Positions 31,428 to 41,722 of a DNA stretch of 64,000 nt are shown one piece after another. The notes beneath the pieces were generated by a model. That model made no database searches and was not told the DNA's origin. It saw only the letters and a list, made by a program, of their open reading frames with translations. This stretch comes from Synechococcus sp. (lineage in GTDB: Bacteria > Cyanobacteriota > Cyanobacteriia > PCC-6307 > Cyanobiaceae): contig JBJBDC010000001.1 of NCBI GenBank assembly GCA_047285535.1, positions 896,136 to 960,135 on the forward strand, read 5' to 3'. Made by a program: the position numbers and the translations under genes. How positions within the stretch are numbered: the first letter of the stretch is position 1; the number at the start of each line of letters is the position of its first letter.

Positions 31428-32329
31428 AGAGTGTTCCTCTGTGGTTAGCAGTTGGACTCCTTGGAGCTGCTGTACTAGGTGCTGGCCTATGGATCACGCG
31501 ACGGCCATCAACAGCCACGGTTTCCTCAGCTGCAGTTCAAAACGTGCGCGCGCCTGAAGCGGTAGCTGCCCTCGGTCAACTGAACCCAGCTGGTGATGTG
31601 CGGCGTTTGGCCGCTCCAAGCGGCAGTTTTGGCGGTATTCCTCGTGTGGCCTCACTGTTTGTTAACGAAGGCGACAGTGTTCAGAAAGGGCAAGTCTTGG
31701 CGATCTTTGATAACCGACCTCAAATCCAAGCTGACCTCGCTGAAATTGATGCAGAAATACGAACTTCTTCGATCGATGTAGAAAATCAAAAACGTGAGGT
31801 CGCGCGCTATGCCGCCGCGGCAAAGGTCGGTGCATCATCCATGGCTGTGTTGGAGGAAAAGCAAGACGAACTCACCAGCTTTCAACGGGAGGGAGTGGAG
31901 TTAATCGCCAGAAGACGAGGGCTAGAGGCTGAGCTGGCTGACAGTGCATTGATCTCACCCATTGATGGTGTAGTTCTGAAAATCAACAGTCGAGCAGGGG
32001 AACGACCAGGTCCTGATGGGGTGTTGGAGGTTGGGGCCAACCAAACCATGGAAGCCCTAGTTGAAGTCTATGAATCTGACATCAATCAGATTTCCATTGG
32101 ACAACCTGTGAGCTTGATTAGCGAAAACGGTGGATTTGAAGGGACACTTGAAGGCCGTGTCCAGAGCATTTCTCCTCAAGTACGGCAAAGGGAAGTGCTT
32201 TCAACAGATCCCACTGGTGATGCAGATGCCAGGGTCATTGAAGTGGATGTGGCTCTTGCGCCTGAATCTGCCGAGCGAGTGACTCAACTCTCAGGTTTGA
32301 AGGTGATTGCCCGCTTTAAGGCCCAATGA
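31424..32329 (+). CDS. devB: DevB-like membrane fusion protein (HlyD family)
   Basis: [33 protein letters not shown] overlap with pcyA. Confidence 0.88.
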   Translation: MKSVPLWLAVGLLGAAVLGAGLWITRRPSTATVSSAAVQNVRAPEAVAALGQLNPAGDVRRLAAPSGSFGGIPRVASLFVNEGDSVQKGQVLAIFDNRPQIQADLAEIDAEIRTSSIDVENQKREVARYAAAAKVGASSMAVLEEKQDELTSFQREGVELIARRRGLEAELADSALISPIDGVVLKINSRAGERPGPDGVLEVGANQTMEALVEVYESDINQISIGQPVSLISENGGFEGTLEGRVQSISPQVRQREVLSTDPTGDADARVIEVDVALAPESAERVTQLSGLKVIARFKAQ

Positions 32330-33498
32330 TCCGAGCCTTCTGGCAACGGCGCAAGATTCCGTTGGCGTCATTGATGCTGATCAGGCAGCCCGTTCGTTTG
32401 GTGGTTGCTCTTGCTGGGATCAGTTTTGCCGGAATTCTGATGTTCATGCAGCTGGGTTTCCGCGATGGTTTGTTTGAAGCCAGCGTCACCGTTCATCGTC
32501 TTTTGGATGCTGACGTCGTGTTGATCAGCCCGCGCTCAACCAGTTCAGTCAGCATGGCGGGCTTTCCTCGCAGGCGACTGGTCCAGGCCATGGCGTCTCC
32601 TGAAGTTGAAGGAATCACACCCGTGAACTGGAATCTGTTGCTTTGGAGAAATCCTGAAACTCTTGGGACTCGCTCCATTCTTGCGTTGGGTTTCGAACCC
32701 GGACATCCCTTATTTACGGATCCAACATTGGCCGCAAAAGCCAAACTCTTAACGCAAAAAGGGAGGGTCCTCTTTGACGAGCAATCAAGGCCGGAGTTTG
32801 GTCCCGTAGCTCAATGGTTTCGTGAAGGACGAACTGTTGAAAGCGAGATTGCAGGCAAGAGAGTGCGAGTGGTTGGTCTTGTTGGCCTTGGCGCGTCGTT
32901 TGGTGCTGATGGCAACTTGCTAACAAGCAGTGAAACATTCTTGGATCTAATTCCCAACACTCCCTCAGGGAGCATCGAAGTTGGCTTGGTTCGTCTTAAG
33001 CCCGGAAGTGATGCAAATCGATTTGCACACCAGCTCCAGGCACGTTTACCAGCCGATGTGACCGTCCTCACCAAACAGGGGTTCATCGATTTCGAGCAAA
33101 ATTATTGGCGAACGAGCACGTCCATCGGCTTCATCTTCACCCTCGGCGCCGCGATGGGTTTTGTAGTTGGATGCGTGATTGTTTATCAGGTTCTTTATTC
33201 AGACGTCAGCGATCATTTACCTGAGTACGCCACCTTGATGGCCATGGGTTACACGCTCAAAAGCTTGCTTGGGGTGGTCGTGAGAGAAGGCTTATTGCTT
33301 GCAGTGTTTGGCTATTTGCCGGCCTATGCCGCTGGACAAGGCCTTTACCTCCTAGTACGCAGTGCCACCCAGTTACCCGTGTCGATGAACACCGTTCGAG
33401 CCGTCAGTGTGTTCAGCATGATCTTGATCATGTGCATGCTTTCCGCTGGTTTGGCGATGCGCCGACTCGTTGATGCCGATCCTGCAGAGATTTTCTAA
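32326..33498 (+). CDS. devC: DevC-like ABC exporter permease
   Basis: GISFAGILMFMQLGF, VIVYQVLYSDVSDHLPEYATL, ADPAEIF. Confidence 0.92.
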   Translation: MIRAFWQRRKIPLASLMLIRQPVRLVVALAGISFAGILMFMQLGFRDGLFEASVTVHRLLDADVVLISPRSTSSVSMAGFPRRRLVQAMASPEVEGITPVNWNLLLWRNPETLGTRSILALGFEPGHPLFTDPTLAAKAKLLTQKGRVLFDEQSRPEFGPVAQWFREGRTVESEIAGKRVRVVGLVGLGASFGADGNLLTSSETFLDLIPNTPSGSIEVGLVRLKPGSDANRFAHQLQARLPADVTVLTKQGFIDFEQNYWRTSTSIGFIFTLGAAMGFVVGCVIVYQVLYSDVSDHLPEYATLMAMGYTLKSLLGVVVREGLLLAVFGYLPAYAAGQGLYLLVRSATQLPVSMNTVRAVSVFSMILIMCMLSAGLAMRRLVDADPAEIF

Positions 33499-33502
33499 AG
33501 CG

Positions 33503-34195
33503 ATGGCGCACAACTCACTTTCAGTTGAGATTCATGAGCTCAGTCATTGGTATGGAAAAGGCTCCACACGTCGTCAGGTCTTGCAAGGAGTTGACCTTCA
33601 AATTTCTGCAGGGGAGGTCGTGCTACTAACCGGTCCTTCCGGTTGCGGGAAGACGACCTTGCTCACCCTGATTGGAGCATTACGACAGGTTCAGGAGGGA
33701 ACTGTTGAAGTTTTTGGAGAGCAGCTCCGTGGTGCTGCAAGAAGCCAACGCCAACGCTTACGGCGGCGCATTGGCATGATTTTCCAAGGTCATAATCTGC
33801 TTCGTTGCCTAACGGCTGAGCAGAATGTTCAGATGGGGGCGGATCTGTTACCCAATCTTGGGTATCGGGCGCGTCGCGATCAAGCAAGGGAATGGTTGCG
33901 CTCGGTTGGTCTTGAAGACGAATTGAACAAACGTCCCCATGACCTCTCCGGGGGGCAAAAACAACGGGTTGCCATTGCACGAGCTCTTGCAGCAAAACCT
34001 CAGCTCCTGCTTGCAGATGAACCAACTGCCGCTCTCGATAGCGGAACTGGTCGTGAAGTTGTGGAACTATTGAAGCGGCTTGCTCGGGATCAATCGTGTT
34101 CTGTGTTGATGGTGACCCATGACCCGCGCATTCTTGATGTAGCAGATCGTCTTGTTCGAATGGAGGATGGACATCTCTATCAGACGATTGGTTAA
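33503..34195 (+). CDS. devA: DevA-like ABC exporter ATPase
   Basis: GPSGCGKTT, LSGGQKQRVAIARAL, DEPTAALD. Confidence 0.92.
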   Translation: MAHNSLSVEIHELSHWYGKGSTRRQVLQGVDLQISAGEVVLLTGPSGCGKTTLLTLIGALRQVQEGTVEVFGEQLRGAARSQRQRLRRRIGMIFQGHNLLRCLTAEQNVQMGADLLPNLGYRARRDQAREWLRSVGLEDELNKRPHDLSGGQKQRVAIARALAAKPQLLLADEPTAALDSGTGREVVELLKRLARDQSCSVLMVTHDPRILDVADRLVRMEDGHLYQTIG

Positions 34196-34233
34196 ATTGG
34201 TCTGAATCCAAGAGTTGGAATCTTCCAAAACGC

Positions 34234-34389
34234 ATGTCCAAGCGCAGAAACCTCAAAAAGGAAAAGCAGGAGCGCAATCGCGCTTATGCCCGCAAGTTCA
34301 AAAAGCGCAAGCTCCGCAACGATGGCCGTGGTGAAGGTGCTGGCAACGGAGTAACAGGAACAGCCAACAACGGTGGCGCGGCAGATTGA
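34234..34389 (+). CDS. Small highly basic protein, 51 aa (MSKRRNLKKEKQERNRAYARKFKKRKLRNDGRGEGAGNGVTGTANNGGAAD)
   Basis: Translated by hand; AAG/CGC/AAC codon bias typical of highly expressed genes; followed by a strong terminator. Confidence 0.8.
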   Translation: MSKRRNLKKEKQERNRAYARKFKKRKLRNDGRGEGAGNGVTGTANNGGAAD

Positions 34390-34418
34390 TCAGTTCAACT
34401 TAACCCTGCATCTGTAGC

Positions 34419-34448
34419 AAAAAAAGGGAGGGTTGAACCCTCCTTTTT
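34419..34448. terminator. Bidirectional intrinsic terminator
   Basis: AAAAAAAGGGAGGGTT-GA-ACCCTCCTTTTT. Confidence 0.85.
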
Positions 34449-34490
34449 CAATGGCTTTAGTCTGGACTTCTAGTGCCCTTTTTCGCACGG

Positions 34491-35423
34491 ATGTTCATTA
34501 GCGTCGTCATTCCTACTTACAACCGGCGCCCGATTCTCGAAAAGTGTCTAGAGGCTCTTGAGACACAAGATCCAAGCGGAGAAATCGAGAACTATGAAGT
34601 GATTGTCGTCGATGACGGTTCCAGTGACGGCACTCCAGAGTGGTTACGTCAGAACGCTGATCGCTTCCCTCATGTCTGTCTTGTTGAACAAGAGCATGGG
34701 GGACCGGCAGAAGGGCGTAATCGGGGCGTAGATCATGCCGCAGGAGATGTAATTGTTTTCATTGACAGCGATTTAGTGGTTACAGCAGGCTTCCTGGCCT
34801 GCCATTCCCGAGCCTTGAGTCGTCATTGGAATCGCCAAGGCAATCGACTCTGTTTTACTTATGGAGCCGTAATCAATACGGCCAACTTTGAGCATCCAAC
34901 CAAGGAGCGGCACAAACTGCGCGATTTGTCGTGGGCTTACTTCGCAACGGGAAACGTAGCCATCGATCGTGGGGTTTTGGAGCGTTCTGGATTATTTGAT
35001 GTTGGTTTCCGTCTCTACGGCTGGGAAGATCTGGAGCTCGGAGAGCGACTGAGACAGATGGGGGTTGAACTCGTGAAGTGTCCTGAAGCAGTGGGCTATC
35101 ACTGGCATCCGGCGTTTCGACTCGATCAAATCCCAGACTTGATTCGCGTCGAGCGTGAACGCGCGCGCATGGGATTGGTCTTCTATCGCAAACACCCCAG
35201 TCGTCGGGTTCGGTTCATTATTCAGTTCACATGGTTACATCGTTTGCTCTGGGCTTTACTCACTCTTGGAGGTCTCCTCAATGAACACAGCCTCCGACCA
35301 GCAATGGCCTGGCTCATTCAACGGGGACAGCCATCACTGGCCCTTGAATTGCTGCGTCTCCCCCTCAACCGAATCGGTGTTGAAGCGCTCTATCGCGAAG
35401 CTCGTCAGGCAGGCTTGAACTAA
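34491..35423 (+). CDS. Glycosyltransferase family 2
   Basis: SVVIPTYNR, VVDDGSSDGT, FIDSD, YGWEDLELG. Confidence 0.93.
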   Translation: MFISVVIPTYNRRPILEKCLEALETQDPSGEIENYEVIVVDDGSSDGTPEWLRQNADRFPHVCLVEQEHGGPAEGRNRGVDHAAGDVIVFIDSDLVVTAGFLACHSRALSRHWNRQGNRLCFTYGAVINTANFEHPTKERHKLRDLSWAYFATGNVAIDRGVLERSGLFDVGFRLYGWEDLELGERLRQMGVELVKCPEAVGYHWHPAFRLDQIPDLIRVERERARMGLVFYRKHPSRRVRFIIQFTWLHRLLWALLTLGGLLNEHSLRPAMAWLIQRGQPSLALELLRLPLNRIGVEALYREARQAGLN

Positions 35424-35431
35424 ATCCAGAA

Positions 35432-36190
35432 GTGGCAGAGCTGCGTCGATTACTGATCGAGCCCAAAAGGCTGGCCGAGAGAAATACCAATGGTTGTCTT
35501 GTTCTCCGTGAGGAAGAACGTCATTACCTCCGCCGTGTTCTACGTCTGCGTCCTGGAGCCGCTGTAGCTGTGGTTGATGGCCGCGGCCATCTTTTGCAAG
35601 GACGGCTTCAGACGGAAGGAGATCTCCTTCTTCCCTTCATCGCTCCGCAATCGTCACTACAAAGCACTCCGCAGATTGGTTTAGCGATTTCCATCGTGCG
35701 TCGAGGCATGGACGATGTCATGCGGATGGCTTGTGAGTTGGGCGTGGATTGCATCCAACCCCTTCGATCAAAGCGATCGCCACCTCAAGCGGACTACAGA
35801 CCCGAGCGCTGGCAGACCATTTTGAGAGAAGCCCTAGAACAGTGCGAACGACTCTGGATGCCACAGCTTTTACCATTGATCTCCTCCGATCAATGGTGGG
35901 ATGTACCAGGCTCTAAAGAAATGCTGGCGATTGCAACCACCCGTGTAGAGGGTCTGAACGACTTCACTTTTTGGTTGCAACGCAAGCACCCTAGAAACTC
36001 TTGTGTCTGGATCGCCATTGGTCCCGAGGGAGGCTGGGATCCAAAAGAACAGGCTCAAGCCATCGCGGAAGGATGGTCACCAATCAGTTTGAGTGATGAC
36101 ATCCTGCGGACATCGACAGCAGCCGTTGCAGGTCTTGCGACACTCAGTAATTGGCGTCGGTCTCATCAATGGGAATCAGCTTCTGAATAG
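35432..36190 (+). CDS. rsmE: 16S rRNA m3U1498 methyltransferase
   Basis: HYLRRVLRL, ELGV, EALEQCER, IGPEGG, ILRTSTA. Confidence 0.93.
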   Translation: MAELRRLLIEPKRLAERNTNGCLVLREEERHYLRRVLRLRPGAAVAVVDGRGHLLQGRLQTEGDLLLPFIAPQSSLQSTPQIGLAISIVRRGMDDVMRMACELGVDCIQPLRSKRSPPQADYRPERWQTILREALEQCERLWMPQLLPLISSDQWWDVPGSKEMLAIATTRVEGLNDFTFWLQRKHPRNSCVWIAIGPEGGWDPKEQAQAIAEGWSPISLSDDILRTSTAAVAGLATLSNWRRSHQWESASE

Positions 36191-36604
36191 ATCAGAGGCC
36201 ATATCACGAAATCCCTTCAAATTGCTACCGGGCTTGCGTCGGGAGGAACGAAGGTTCAGACCGGGACGAAGCATCTCTGGAGCAAAAGTGCTGAGCGAAA
36301 CTGCAGGACGCGCGGCCGCATCCGCTGCCAATTCAGCGGCAATGGCCTCGGCCGTGGTGAGGTTGGCTGAAGACAGGGATGAGCTGTCCTCTTTCTGCAG
36401 ATTTGTCTTTGGTTTTGAATCCGTCTTTTGCTTTGCGCGTGCTGGTGAGGAAAGCGCGGCTGGAGAAGGCACCGCTTTCGCAACAGGTTCCTCCTCCTGT
36501 CCATTCTCATCGGGGAGCTCTCGTACAGGCGCCATCTGTATCGCCTGCTCATTCGAGGTGCTTTCCTCGAGGTTGAGGAAAAAGCCTTTGCGCTTCAGCA
36601 CCAT
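36176..36604 (-). CDS. Conserved hypothetical protein, low-complexity middle
   Basis: MVLKRKGFFLNL...TFAP...RRKPGSNLKGFRDMASDLF. Confidence 0.75.
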   Translation of the reverse strand: MVLKRKGFFLNLEESTSNEQAIQMAPVRELPDENGQEEEPVAKAVPSPAALSSPARAKQKTDSKPKTNLQKEDSSSLSSANLTTAEAIAAELAADAAARPAVSLSTFAPEMLRPGLNLRSSRRKPGSNLKGFRDMASDLFRS

Positions 36605-36663
36605 GCCGGGTTCCGGTGGACAACGTGGGCTGATTATCCAACCCAAAGAGCCCCAATGGACTG

Positions 36664-37443
36664 ATGCTTAGGGCAGTGCAACACGGTTCAATAGTTTTGC
36701 CGGATCAGAACATCACAACTTGGGGTGTTGCCCTTCTCATCAATGGCCTGTTGATAACCCTCGCCCAGAGGCTTCCAGTCCTGACGAAAAAGGGTTGGAT
36801 GCATGCCGGCATCCTTGGCACGATCCTTTGGGGATGCCTGGGCTGGAGAGGCTGGTTGGCTGTCGTTCTTTACCTGGTGCTTGGATCACTGGTGACACGC
36901 CTTGGCTTTGCTGAGAAACTCCAGCAGGGTCTAGCGGAGGCGAGAGAAGGCAGGCGGGGACCCGCAAACGTCTGGGGATCTGCCCTGACCGGCACAGTCA
37001 TTGCCTTAGTCATTGGAGCTGGCGTTGGCTCTACAACACTTTTATTGATTGGTTTTGCAGCCAGCTTCACTGCCAAACTGGCTGACACGTTCGGCAGTGA
37101 AATAGGTAAACGCTGGGGCAGAACTACCGTTTTGATCACCACTCTTCGCAGAGTCCCAGCAGGAACCGAAGGGGCTGTGAGCTTGGAAGGCACCATAGCG
37201 AGTGCCTTTGGCAGCCTGCTCATGGCATTAACGATGGCGATGCTGTCAGTGGTGACATCTCCCTCAGCCATGATTTTGGTAGCGATTGTGGGCCTGATTG
37301 GGACCTTGCTGGAAAGCCTGATTGGGGCCCTGGCTCAAGAGAAGATCAGCTGGCTATCCAATGAACTCGTCAACGGCTTGCAAACCGCATGGTCCGCAGT
37401 CTTAGCAATGCTGATCTCTGTGTGGCTAGGAATTACTGGGTGA
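36664..37443 (+). CDS. DUF92 / TIGR00297 membrane protein
   Basis: GRRGPANVWGS, KLADTFGSEIGK, PAGTEGAVSLEGT. Confidence 0.92.
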   Translation: MLRAVQHGSIVLPDQNITTWGVALLINGLLITLAQRLPVLTKKGWMHAGILGTILWGCLGWRGWLAVVLYLVLGSLVTRLGFAEKLQQGLAEAREGRRGPANVWGSALTGTVIALVIGAGVGSTTLLLIGFAASFTAKLADTFGSEIGKRWGRTTVLITTLRRVPAGTEGAVSLEGTIASAFGSLLMALTMAMLSVVTSPSAMILVAIVGLIGTLLESLIGALAQEKISWLSNELVNGLQTAWSAVLAMLISVWLGITG

Positions 37444-38206
37444 TTTCAGTCTGTGCTGCCACCTTTCGCAACTGGCTTAGCGAAACTCGGATTGCTTTTC
37501 GCAGCAGACGCGGGTTGAGATTCTCTCTCAAAGCAAGATCTTTAATGGGAACGTTGTCGATGTAGCGAGCACGAAGCCAGTCACTCTGTTTCGGGTCCAG
37601 ATCAGAAAGGGCGTCTTGCAACCAATCAAAAGCCTTTTCATCAACCTGGTCCTGTACTGATGAAGAATCTTCGATCTGATCAAGCAGAGTGCCACTCTGT
37701 TCACCGCTTGACGCATGGGTGCCAAGCACAACATCAAGCGAGCTCACCTTCCCGACGGCGTGTGCAACAACGGCATCCCTCCAACGCTGAAGACTGACAT
37801 TGAGAGATTCAGACAGACCTTTCTCATCCAGTGGCTCGAGCATTGTCTGAAGGCGTTGAGCCTGCAGCCGCTTACCGCGACTGTGCAAATCCTTCAATCG
37901 CCAAGGAATGCGTAGTGAGTGCTGACGATCGCGACGAAAATGCAAGATTTGGCCATGAACCCTGGCCAAGGCATAGGTGCTCAGACGAAAACCACGCTTT
38001 GGGTCAAAATTGGCCACTCCATTGATCAACCCCAAGCAAGCTTCTTGAATTAAATCGTCCTGCTCGCCTGGGTATTGATTTACATGATGAATAGCAGCGT
38101 AATGAGCCAATCCAAGATTTTGAATCACAGCATCGTTGCGATCAAGAATTGACTGAGGAAGTTTTCTGCGCTGCTCGCGCCGTTGAAGGCTCTGAGTGGA
38201 AGGCAT
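37433..38206 (-). CDS. Group 3 alternative sigma factor (SigF-like)
   Basis: NLGLA, DDLIQEACLGLI, FDPKRGFRLSTYA, GQILHFRRD, LRIP, SLD; C-terminal region 4. Confidence 0.85.
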   Translation of the reverse strand: MPSTQSLQRREQRRKLPQSILDRNDAVIQNLGLAHYAAIHHVNQYPGEQDDLIQEACLGLINGVANFDPKRGFRLSTYALARVHGQILHFRRDRQHSLRIPWRLKDLHSRGKRLQAQRLQTMLEPLDEKGLSESLNVSLQRWRDAVVAHAVGKVSSLDVVLGTHASSGEQSGTLLDQIEDSSSVQDQVDEKAFDWLQDALSDLDPKQSDWLRARYIDNVPIKDLALRENLNPRLLRKAIRVSLSQLRKVAAQTEITQ

Positions 38207-38516
38207 GAAGTGTGATCCTCTGCAACCCCATCAACGTCGCTTTCATCTCGACTTCGACCCTCCTTCTTTCCAATGAAGTCCTTCACTCAAAAGGATGAAA
38301 TCCCAGACCTCAAAAGAGCAAGCCAATGTTGGGGCGAGGAAGATCTAGAGCACTCATGGACTGGTTCACTTCGGACACTCTTGAAACTTCCCCAGTTTGA
38401 AAGCAGCTGCCGTGAAACGATGGATCGAAATTCAATCGAATTCCTTGCAAGAGCGCTGAAAAACTCCTGTCGCCATAAGGTCCAATCCTGGATCTATTAT
38501 TGAAAGAGCTGCGCGC

Positions 38517-38750
38517 ATGATCTTGAATCACAAAGACACCCTTAAGGCCTTCATTTATTCTGCTCTTGTATTTGGAGTAGCCATCACACAGGGCGCTTCT
38601 ACAAAGGCGGAGGATTCCATTGATGACTGGTATGAGAGCCGTCCTCCAGCACAACTTTGCGAGCTTTATCGCTCTGGCGCTATACAACCAGATCAGTTAC
38701 CTGGAGGCAGAAGCTCAACGCCTTGCGCCAACTTTCCGGATGCCGAATAA
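38517..38750 (+). CDS. Small secreted hypothetical protein
   Basis: Signal-peptide-like N-terminus (...ALVFGVAITQGASTKA), mature part with two Cys. Confidence 0.5.
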   Translation: MILNHKDTLKAFIYSALVFGVAITQGASTKAEDSIDDWYESRPPAQLCELYRSGAIQPDQLPGGRSSTPCANFPDAE

Positions 38751-39490
38751 CCATTCAGAAACAAGGCCAAACACTCATTAGCGAGATCCATTCCCGTCAG
38801 CAGGCGGAATGGGAAATCGATGCAACAAACAACAGGCATCAGAAGACCTGGAATGGATTGCCTTCACACCAAAGGTAAAGCCACCCTACCTAAAACCCAA
38901 TTGCCTCTTTTTAAAGAGATTATGAAAGAAACAACCTAGCTAAACTGATGTACCCAATCCAATTGCCCATAAAGCTATAGCCAAAAACTAACGCAATCCA
39001 GCAGCGCTCGTCCTCCCAAACAATTCAACACAAACCTTAGACTTCAACCGCTCACGTCAACGCGAGCAACTGATGCTGACTTAGATCGCAATGAGTCAAT
39101 GAGGCATCTGAATATTCACATGAATGATGACGCAGGCTCGCTCAACATATCCAAGCAACGCAAGAAAACGAATGCGCTGCAATCAGGCACTACGATGTTC
39201 ACCCCAAATCACTCATCGAATGGGTTTGGGCCTTTTTCAATTTAAAACAGGATTGGACTGAAAGAGTCTCATCTGAGGCCACAAAGACAAAAGATTGAAA
39301 TCAAGAACAAGAAGACGCTTCAACTGAAGAACGGGAAGATCTGATGGAGTGGTGCACGAGCAGTCTTATTCATGCAATCGACACAAGACAGCTCCCTAAA
39401 CAATGAAAACGTGACGTTGCTCAGGTCGTTCAATACTTAAAGAATTGCAGTTCTCCTACCCGTTCCCAGATGCCCTAAGGCTCACCTCCA

Positions 39491-40180
39491 CTACACCACG
39501 GGTGTGAGTTGATGCTGCTGCTCAAATCCGGCCCAATTCAAAAGTGGCTTCCAATTCTGCAGCCGCTGATGAATCCAGTGGTGGCCATTGCTGTTGAGAT
39601 GAATCCCATCCGGTTCCAACCAAGTCAACCAATCAGGTTCCGCCTCCATCGCTCTGTGCAGGCTTAAAAAAGGAACATCAGCTTCTAAACAGGCCTCCTC
39701 CAATTGGGCCTCATGAATGGCAACGGCCTCATTGCTGTACCAAAGACAGTTGGCAAAAGGCATAACCGCTTCATCCACAACGCCAAGTCCCATCACCATG
39801 ACTTTCGTCACAGGAGTCATAGCCATGAGCAGTTGCTCAAGACCAAAGCGAAAAGCGTCAGAACTTAATTGCTGTCGTCCATCAGGCCGTCCGATACGAG
39901 CACTGTCATTCAGTCCAACCGACAAGAGCAGACCATCAGGCTGCTGACGACGTAATTCACCGCGACAGCACCATTCTTGCTGCCAACGTTGTGCAATGCG
40001 CTCCAGTCCATCCCCCCGCACGCCAAGGCCATAAACAACTGGAGCAGAGGGGATCGTCATCCATTGACGCCTCAATCGTTCACACCATCCACCTCCTTCT
40101 TGATCGCCCCAGCCATACACACCGCTATCGCCGATCACGACAAGCTGCCGAAGCACTGGTGTCTTCACTGTCTCGGTCAC
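39491..40180 (-). CDS. SGNH/GDSL esterase-lipase
   Basis: GDSGVYG, GVRGDG, GLND, DGIHLN blocks. Confidence 0.9.
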   Translation of the reverse strand: MTETVKTPVLRQLVVIGDSGVYGWGDQEGGGWCERLRRQWMTIPSAPVVYGLGVRGDGLERIAQRWQQEWCCRGELRRQQPDGLLLSVGLNDSARIGRPDGRQQLSSDAFRFGLEQLLMAMTPVTKVMVMGLGVVDEAVMPFANCLWYSNEAVAIHEAQLEEACLEADVPFLSLHRAMEAEPDWLTWLEPDGIHLNSNGHHWIHQRLQNWKPLLNWAGFEQQHQLTPVV

Positions 40181-40192
40181 ACAATCCTGACG

Positions 40193-41722
40193 TCAGCTTT
40201 GCAGCCAGACCAAACGGCAGCGATCACTCAAGGATTCGCCACCGATTGTTAGAGCGCAGTAACAACTGATCAACAACACCACTGCAGCCCAATGGAAGGA
40301 ACTCAGTGATTCCAGCAGCTGCCATCCCAGACCGCTACCCCCGATCACTCCAACCACGACCGTTTCACGGAGAATCACATCACTGCGGTAAGCCCCGTAG
40401 GCCAGATAACTGGGACTTTGAGGACTCAGCAATCCGTAGAGCCAACTCATGCGTTCTGAAATCCCCATTGCTCTCAGGGCCGTTTGCCGCTGACGATTTT
40501 GCTGGTGCAAACCTTCGAGAAGAAGCCGACCCATCACTCCACTGTTATGCAGACCGATTGCCAAGGCACCAATGGCCAAGCTGGGCGTATTGCTCAGAAG
40601 CAAAAGGAGAACCAACAGTGTCGGTGGAATCCAGCGCATGAAAGCCCAGAACATGGAGCAGACCTGATGCCACCTCGGTGATGGCCAGAGAAGCAAGGCC
40701 AGGGGGGGAAGTCCAATCGCAATGCCCGCAGCCAAAACTGTGAGACAGAGAGTTTCCATGATCATGCGCAGCCAGGGAAGTTCAGTCGCAGCGGCGTTGA
40801 GTTCCGTCCAAGAGGGGGCTTCGATACCGATCCAGTTGAATCCTGAGGACAGGTCAGGAACGAGATATCCCAACCAAAGCGTCCCAATCACGCCCAACAC
40901 CAAGGTCAGTGTGGTGAACAACAACAATCGACGCTGACCATGCACACCGACTCCAGAACGGTTTCGCCAAAGCCTCAACAGCTGTTCAAGAATCAGCATC
41001 ACAGCCGCTAAGAGCCACAAGCCAGTCCATAACTCGCGAAACCGTAGGGACTGAAGTGTCAGTTGCAGCTCGGTGCCAAGACCTCCAAGACCAAACACCC
41101 CGAGCAATGTGGCACTTCGGAGTGAACACTCAAGCCGGTATCCCCCGTAACTCATCAGGACGGACGTCATCCCTGGATTAAGCGCCGTCATCAAGGCTGA
41201 TATCGGATGCGCCCCTGTGCTGACGAGAGCATGAAGAGGACCGTGTTCTGCGCTATCGAGTTGATCTCTCCAAATCCTTGCCACCAGAGCGCTATAGGGA
41301 AGTGCGATGGCGGCTACAGCGACATAGGGATGGAGCCCCAGAACTTGCAGGAGCAAGAGACCCCACACCAACTCATGGACGGCTCTTGGTACGGCAAGGA
41401 GCCCACGAAGGCCGCGCGCCGGCCAAGCAGGAAGATGCCAGGTTCTCCACACCACATCTGCACAAACCGTGCCGAGCAGAACACCCAACATCAAGCTGAG
41501 ACTCCAGCTCATCAAAGCGGTGGCCATCGTGATGCAAAGGCCATGCACAACCGCATGCACAACGTCAGCCTCCAAGGAGGGATGAAGGGCCCCTGAGAGA
41601 CATTGCTGCCAAATAGAAAGGCCACCTCCATGCAGACCTGTCCAAGTCACAATCAGCACTGGCACCAGCGCCATGGCTGGCAACAACGTGAGCACTGGCG
41701 CCGCTGGACTCAGGCGGTTCAT
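40193..41722 (-). CDS. phnE: PhnE/PtxC-like ABC permease (two fused permease domains)
   Basis: RAVHELVWGL, YRLECSLRSATLLG, YRSDVILRETVVVGVIGGSGLG. Confidence 0.85.
   Translation of the reverse strand: MNRLSPAAPVLTLLPAMALVPVLIVTWTGLHGGGLSIWQQCLSGALHPSLEADVVHAVVHGLCITMATALMSWSLSLMLGVLLGTVCADVVWRTWHLPAWPARGLRGLLAVPRAVHELVWGLLLLQVLGLHPYVAVAAIALPYSALVARIWRDQLDSAEHGPLHALVSTGAHPISALMTALNPGMTSVLMSYGGYRLECSLRSATLLGVFGLGGLGTELQLTLQSLRFRELWTGLWLLAAVMLILEQLLRLWRNRSGVGVHGQRRLLLFTTLTLVLGVIGTLWLGYLVPDLSSGFNWIGIEAPSWTELNAAATELPWLRMIMETLCLTVLAAGIAIGLPPLALLLWPSPRWHQVCSMFWAFMRWIPPTLLVLLLLLSNTPSLAIGALAIGLHNSGVMGRLLLEGLHQQNRQRQTALRAMGISERMSWLYGLLSPQSPSYLAYGAYRSDVILRETVVVGVIGGSGLGWQLLESLSSFHWAAVVLLISCYCALTIGGESLSDRCRLVWLQS

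Noticed and set aside
39197..39240. Glutamine riboswitch (glnA or downstream-peptide motif) suggested by GTTCACC
   Set aside because: The remaining conserved elements and a downstream DUF4278-like ORF are absent
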